A stretch of DNA of 64,000 nt, from positions 4,712,001 to 4,776,000 of the forward strand of contig NC_135763.1 of NCBI RefSeq assembly GCF_052425735.1, given 5' to 3'. This stretch comes from Oculina patagonica (lineage: Eukaryota). The position numbers and the translations under genes are program-made. Shown here piece by piece: positions 58,847 through 64,000 of the stretch (position 1 is the stretch's first letter; each line of letters starts with the position of its first letter). The notes under the pieces are model-generated. The model saw only the letters and a program-made list of their open reading frames with translations. It ran no database searches and was not told the DNA's origin.

Positions 58847-59235
58847 GCCGACCGGTTAGCTCAGTTGGTAGAGCGCCGGATTACCGTGCGGGAGGTCTCG
58901 GGTTCGAGTCCCAGACCGGACCAACACTCAGGGTCTTAAAATATAAACTGAGGAGAATATGCTGTCTTTGCAATGACATCTGCAAATGGTTAGATATTCT
59001 AGTCTTCTCGGATAAGAACGATAAACCGTAGGCCCCGTCTCCTGTATCTTCAGTGTTATGGTCAGCAGGGGACGTAAAAGGACCCACACACTTATCGTAA
59101 AGAGTAGGGCATGGAGTTCCCGGTGTTGTGGTCTGGTCTTTGCCCATCGTGCTGTGTACTGTTGAATTGCTCGGAGATATTAGCTGTACAAGCTACTCGG
59201 AAATCCGAGGGTAAAAAAAAACATGATGATGATGG
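58847..59235 (+). mobile_element. Full-length tRNA-derived SINE with Deu/Nin-like central domain
   Basis: A box TAGCTCAGTTGG (58857-58868), B box GGTTCGAGTCC (58901-58911). TCGGATAAGAACGATAAACCGTAGGCCCCGTCT...GGACGTAAAAGGACCCA...AAGAGTAGGG...CCCGGTGT resembles the Deu domain. 3' hairpin CTCGG-AAAT-CCGAG, then an A-run and (ATG)n tail. Confidence 0.8.
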
Positions 59236-59259
59236 TGGTGGTGGTGGTGGTGGTGGTGA

Positions 59260-62200
59260 TCCACACACCGCCCAGCAAGCCACAAAGAGACGAGACCAAA
59301 AAGCACCCAAACACCAACACAGACGAGGCCCCGCACACCACCACCCACACCCCCCCCCACGCCCCCACCACGCCACCCAGAGACCCAGCCCGGCGGGAGC
59401 CACCAGCAGGGACACAGGGAGGCACCAGCCCCACCCCATCCGAAGATGATCCCAGGACCAACCAAGGAGCTGCAGCAGCAGTGGGACGCGCACACCGGCA
59501 ACCACAAACGACAGACACACAAGCCCACGAGATCACGCGCAGCGAGACAGAGAAGACAGCGCCGAGCGCCAATCAGATGAAGAGAGAGAAGGAAACAACA
59601 GACCCCAGCACCCACGGAGCCAAGACAGATCAGACCGGAGAGACACAACAGAACGGGGACGGCGACCAACAAAAGCACACAAAGACAGAGCAAACCGAAG
59701 AAGAAAACACAGAGAGAAACACAAGGAGAGGCCAAACACCAAAAAGAACACACAGAAGCACCGCCCCCAAAAGACAACACAGAGCAGACAAGCCAGTGCA
59801 GAACAAACACCCCACAGACAGAGCGCCCGACGAAAGGAACGCGGGCAGCCGGAGAAAGCAAAGAGAGCAGAGAACGAAAACAAACAAGCCTGGAGCGAGC
59901 CCACGAGAAAAGAGCGAAAAAGAGTAGCAACAAAACAGCCAACAAGACAGTGCAGAAGAACAAGGCGACCTCCCAAAAACAACAGCCAGCCGCACGACAC
60001 AAACCAAAGAAAAAACCCGAACAAGGACGCCCCAACCAACAGAACGACGCGCCCCCCCACTCCTAATCACCCACCGCACAACAATCCCACCCGGAACAGA
60101 ACAAAGTGCGGGACCCAAAAAGAAGGCGAAATCGCGCCGTCCCACGCGGTCGAGAGACAACCCGAGGACCGGGTAAATAACGAAACCAAGACACACAGTA
60201 AAACCACACAAAAAACCAGTGAACAAAAAAAAAAAAAACAAAAACACACCCAGAACCCCCATAAGCCAAACAAGCACAAACAAAAAACAAATAAAAAAAA
60301 CAACAAACACAAAGACATCCCCCCCCCCCCCCACAAGAGCAGAAAAGCGAACCCCACCAGAACGACACAACCCCACCCCACACACCCCCCCCCACACTCG
60401 TGCCGAATCAGAACGAAATCGCCTCACTGCATCAGTGAGGGTCCCTCCGAAGCTCAGAAAGACAACAAGTCATCAGCGTCCACCAAAGGCACACGAAACA
60501 ACCGAGAAGAGATCAAAAACAGCACACCACGAGAGGAACGCCGAGCGAGGACGAAGAGCCGAGACCGAGACCAGACCACCAACCCAAAACCACCCAGTCC
60601 GCAGACAGCAGGAAAGAAACAGAAAGCACAGTCGCAGCACAGCACACAACGGCGAGGAACACAAGAGAACAATCCAGAAACGTCATCCCAAGCCACGGCG
60701 AGAGAGCAAGAAACGAAGAAGCCGAGGTCACGAGTCGACGACACCAACACACGACGAGCAGCCCCATCCAGATCGCCGAACCGCGGTGTCCGGTGGGGTG
60801 GGGTAGAGGTCAAGTCGCGACGAGAGAAGCCAGAACGAAGTCAACGAAATCACCGGAGAAACAACGAAACACCCAACCAGAGACCAGGAGCAAAGATCGC
60901 TCGACAGAAAAAGCAGACAAAAGAAGCACCGACGGCAAAAAAAACATCCGCCGAGGACACAAAAAAAAGACAAACCAAAAAGGAACAGAGAGAAACAAAA
61001 CCAAAACAAAAAAAGAAAAAAAAAAAAAAGAAAAAAGGAGCGGGGGGAGGGCGGGCGGCACGGAGAGAGAGGGAGAGGGGCAGGGGGGGAGAGGGAGGGC
61101 AGCCGAGGGGGGGGGGGGGAGAGGGAGAGAGGGGAAGGGAGACAAGGGAAGGAGAAGAGGGAGGGAGAGGAGGAGGAGCAAGAGAGGGAGAGCAGAGGCA
61201 GAAAGGGGAAGAAAACACGAAGAGGGGGGGGAAGGACGAGGAGAGAGGAAAGGAGAAAAGGAACGAGGAGGGAAAAAAAAGAGGAGAGAGAAACGAGACC
61301 AGAAGGGAGAGGGGGACAGACGCAGGAGGGAGACCAGACGGAGAGGAGGAGAAGGAAAGAAGAGAGCACGAGAGAAAGGAGAGAGAGGGGGAGGGAAGGG
61401 GAAGGGAGACAAGAAGGAGGGAGAGAACAGAGGAGACAGAGCAGCAAGCGACCGAGGAGCGAGAGCGGCAGGGACGCAGGGCACAAGCGGGAGCAGCCGA
61501 CAAGAGAGGCCAGGGGAGACGGACCGGAGAGAGACGAGAAAGAAGAAGAAGAGAGAACAGAGAGAGAAAGAAGAAAAGGAGCAAGGAGAGGGGGAGAAGA
61601 GAGGAAGAGAAAGAGAGAGAGAAAACGACAAGACAAAAAGGGAAACGGAGAGAAGAGAAAACGAGACCAAAAGACAGAAGAGAAGAAAAGACGAAAGAAG
61701 AACAGAGAGAGGGGAGGGACAGGACAGAGACGCGAGAAGAGAAGAGAGAGAAGGGAGGAGAGAGAGAGAAAAGAAGAACAAGGAAGACAAGACAAGAGAC
61801 AGGAGACGAAGAAAGAAGCCCGAAGAGACACAAAGAGGAAGAAAAAGAAAGAGAAAAGAAAGAGACAGAGGAGGAGAAGAGGCGAACGGAGGGAAAGATC
61901 AGGAACGCGAAGGAAAGGAACGGGGAAGGGAGAAGGACGGGGGGAGAGGAGACGAGAGACGAAGGGAGGGGGAGTCACGGGGAAGTAGCGGAGCGGATCG
62001 GGTAAACGGAACGAAGAACACCGAGTAGAGCAGTCGGGGGAACAAATGAAGGAGAGCAGACCCACCGATGGAGTCGCGGGCACCGGGAAGGAGGAGGGAA
62101 GAGGACGAGAAAGACAGGAGGGAGCCGAAGAGAGAAAGGAAACAAGTCCCGTGGAGAGAGAAAGGTGAGAAGAAAGGAAGAACGAGAGGTGGAGAGAAGA

Positions 62201-63125
62201 GGAAGAGAAAGGAGAAGAAGAACGTAGGACACAGAGGGCGGGAGGGAACGATGAGGACGACGAAGACGGGAAGACGGAGAAGGGAAAAGGGAGAGGGAGA
62301 GGAAGAGGGAGACGGAGAGGAAGAAGGACAGAAAAAGGGAAGAGAGAGAGAGCGAGAGGAGAGAACGAGAGAAAGGAGAAAAAAGAGGAGGAACAATGTG
62401 AGCCGTGGTTCTCGAGATCAGCGAGACCATCGTGTGGAGAGAGTAAGAAGGGAAACACAAAAAACGGGAGAAGAGTGACTCAAGATGGAGGAGTGGAGAG
62501 AGGTAGAAGGCGAGAAAAAAGTAATGAAAGGTGAGACGACAGGAAAGAAAAAGAATTCGTCTCGACGCTCGATGAGAGGGAGAGGAGAAGACCAGGACAA
62601 AACGATAACGGACAGAGACAGAAAGAGAAGAGAGGAGAAGGAAAAGGTCAGAGGGAAAAGCGGAAGTCGACAGTCGGACAGTAGTAGTCAAAGAAAAAAA
62701 AGACACCCACGGAAGCAAGAAAAAAAAACAAACAAAGAAAAGACAAGTGAAGAAAAAGAAAAAGGAAGAAAAGAAAAGAGAGAAAAGAAGAGAAACAACG
62801 AAGGAAGAACAAACAAAGCATAGTAAAAAAAAAAAAAGACCAGAAAAAAGAAAACAAGAAAAAAAAAACACAAAACAAAAAAAACACCAAACCAAAAACA
62901 CAAAAAAAAAACGCAAAAGAAAAACAACAAAAAACAGTGAAAAACAAAAACAAAAAAAAAACAAAAAAAACAAAAAAAGACCAAACAAACCAAAAGGAAC
63001 CAAAAAAAACCGACAGGGAACCGCACAAGAACAAAACAATCAAACAACACAAAAAAAAAAAAAAAACAAAAAAAAAACGAAACAGAAAGAACAAAACACG
63101 GACAAAAACGGAAGGGACCAGACAG
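59260..63125. other. T-depleted low-complexity block, probable sequencing or assembly artefact
   Basis: Almost no T on the + strand (none seen from 60948 to 61898). Aperiodic, and bounded by (GAT/GGT)n on the left and (GAT)n on the right. Confidence 0.7.
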
Positions 63126-63147
63126 GATGATGATGATTATAATCATG

Positions 63148-63370
63148 GCGACCCTCCCCTCGGAAAAAGTCGACTTCCCCCTCGACAAGGTCAACTCCCC
63201 CCTCTCCAAGTTCGACTTCCCCCTCGCAGGTATACCCTCCCCTCTGTCAAGGTGGACTTTCCCCTCGGCAAAGGTCGACCTTCCCCTCATAGGTCGACCT
63301 TCCCCTCTTAAAAGTCATCTTTCCCCTCTTAGGTCAACTTTCCCCTCATAGAAGGTCAGTGTTCCCCTCG
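63148..63370. repeat. Minisatellite, about 11 units of 19-21 bp
   Basis: Consensus close to AAGGTCGACTTTCCCCTC with short variable linkers. Confidence 0.85.
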
Positions 63371-64000
63371 TCTAACTTTAAACGATTTCAAATGGTTATC
63401 CCTGGTAGTAGATTTTAGGTTCCAATCCAAGTCAGAAAAGTACAATCACTCAAGTGGTTGGTCAACACTTTTATTATGCTACGAGCTCATTAACTTAGCT
63501 CATTAGCTTTTATAATAGTGTATTTTCATTGTAGACGGAACCAATGCTAATATACGCCGTAGAATGATCCCTTGTCTAAGCTGTAATTGGTTCTATGTTT
63601 CTTAACAAAGCTGGCGATGCGGTTGGGACAGCTATTATGGCTGTTCACATTTATAAATAACTCTACACAGTCAACTTAAGTTCTTTGCCTTCAAACACCA
63701 GTGCCCTGTTCTACCTCGGTTTCCCAGGAGGAACTTCCATTTGCATGCCTGCTACAGCCTAAACTAGACAAAATTCAACGCAGCCTAGGAGAAAAGTGAC
63801 CTAACCTTTATATCGAAAAGACTAACGAACGTTTAAAGAAACAGGATAAATTAACTAAATTATCCATTACAAACTCAATAGCGTCCTGGCGAAAAATTCT
63901 GATGCATTAATTTTGATTAAAATATTTAACTTTTGATCTTGAGGGTAAACCTACATGTACTTAGCTGGACTGTCACTTGAGCGCGCAAAATACAATGTAG

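Noticed and set aside
58850-58925. tRNA gene
   Set aside because: A and B boxes are present, but I see no convincing anticodon arm and it continues directly into a SINE body and tail.
59092-63351. Many long overlapping ORFs (up to 576 aa; R/E/K/G-rich or L/S/F-rich)
   Set aside because: Stops are rare because the + strand lacks T. The peptides are compositional by-products of a probable artefact.
63148-63370. CRISPR-like array
   Set aside because: Units are degenerate and contiguous with no unique spacers, there are no cas genes, and the context is eukaryotic. It is a minisatellite.
63611-63790. Next FANCG-like exon
   Set aside because: Candidate acceptors lead to stops without a convincing donor or similarity.

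Overview
Eukaryotic (animal) DNA: AT-rich, with GT-AG introns and many repeats. The repeat families and gene content suggest a cnidarian, probably a stony coral (inference). I assembled the genes by hand from splice sites. In order: an orphan membrane-protein ORF, an orphan Q/R-rich ORF inside a local duplication, PPIL6 (9 exons, +), two tandem CLIC/GST-fold genes (+), a CD164-family sialomucin (+, one frameshift), PFN4 (-) head-to-head with FAM228B (+), and LSM10 (-) head-to-head with a FANCG-like gene (+) that runs off the window. Introns and intergenic DNA hold many non-autonomous DNA transposons (TA, 5-bp, 8-bp and 9-bp target-site duplications, some nested), CORE-type and Deu/Nin-type SINEs, and a Penelope-like 3' fragment. 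Most notable: (1) an intact minimal type I hammerhead ribozyme plus two degenerate ones; (2) two gene pairs that are also neighbours in human (PPIL6-CD164, PFN4-FAM228B), with RFX X-box motifs upstream of PPIL6 and between PFN4 and FAM228B; (3) a CLIC pair with Cys versus Asp at the active site; (4) a FANCG-like gene sharing three intron positions with human FANCG. The T-depleted block at about 59.26-63.12 kb and the GC/GA-rich block at about 10.7-11.36 kb look like base-calling or assembly artefacts, so their ORFs are rejected. All homology calls are from recalled sequences, not database searches.
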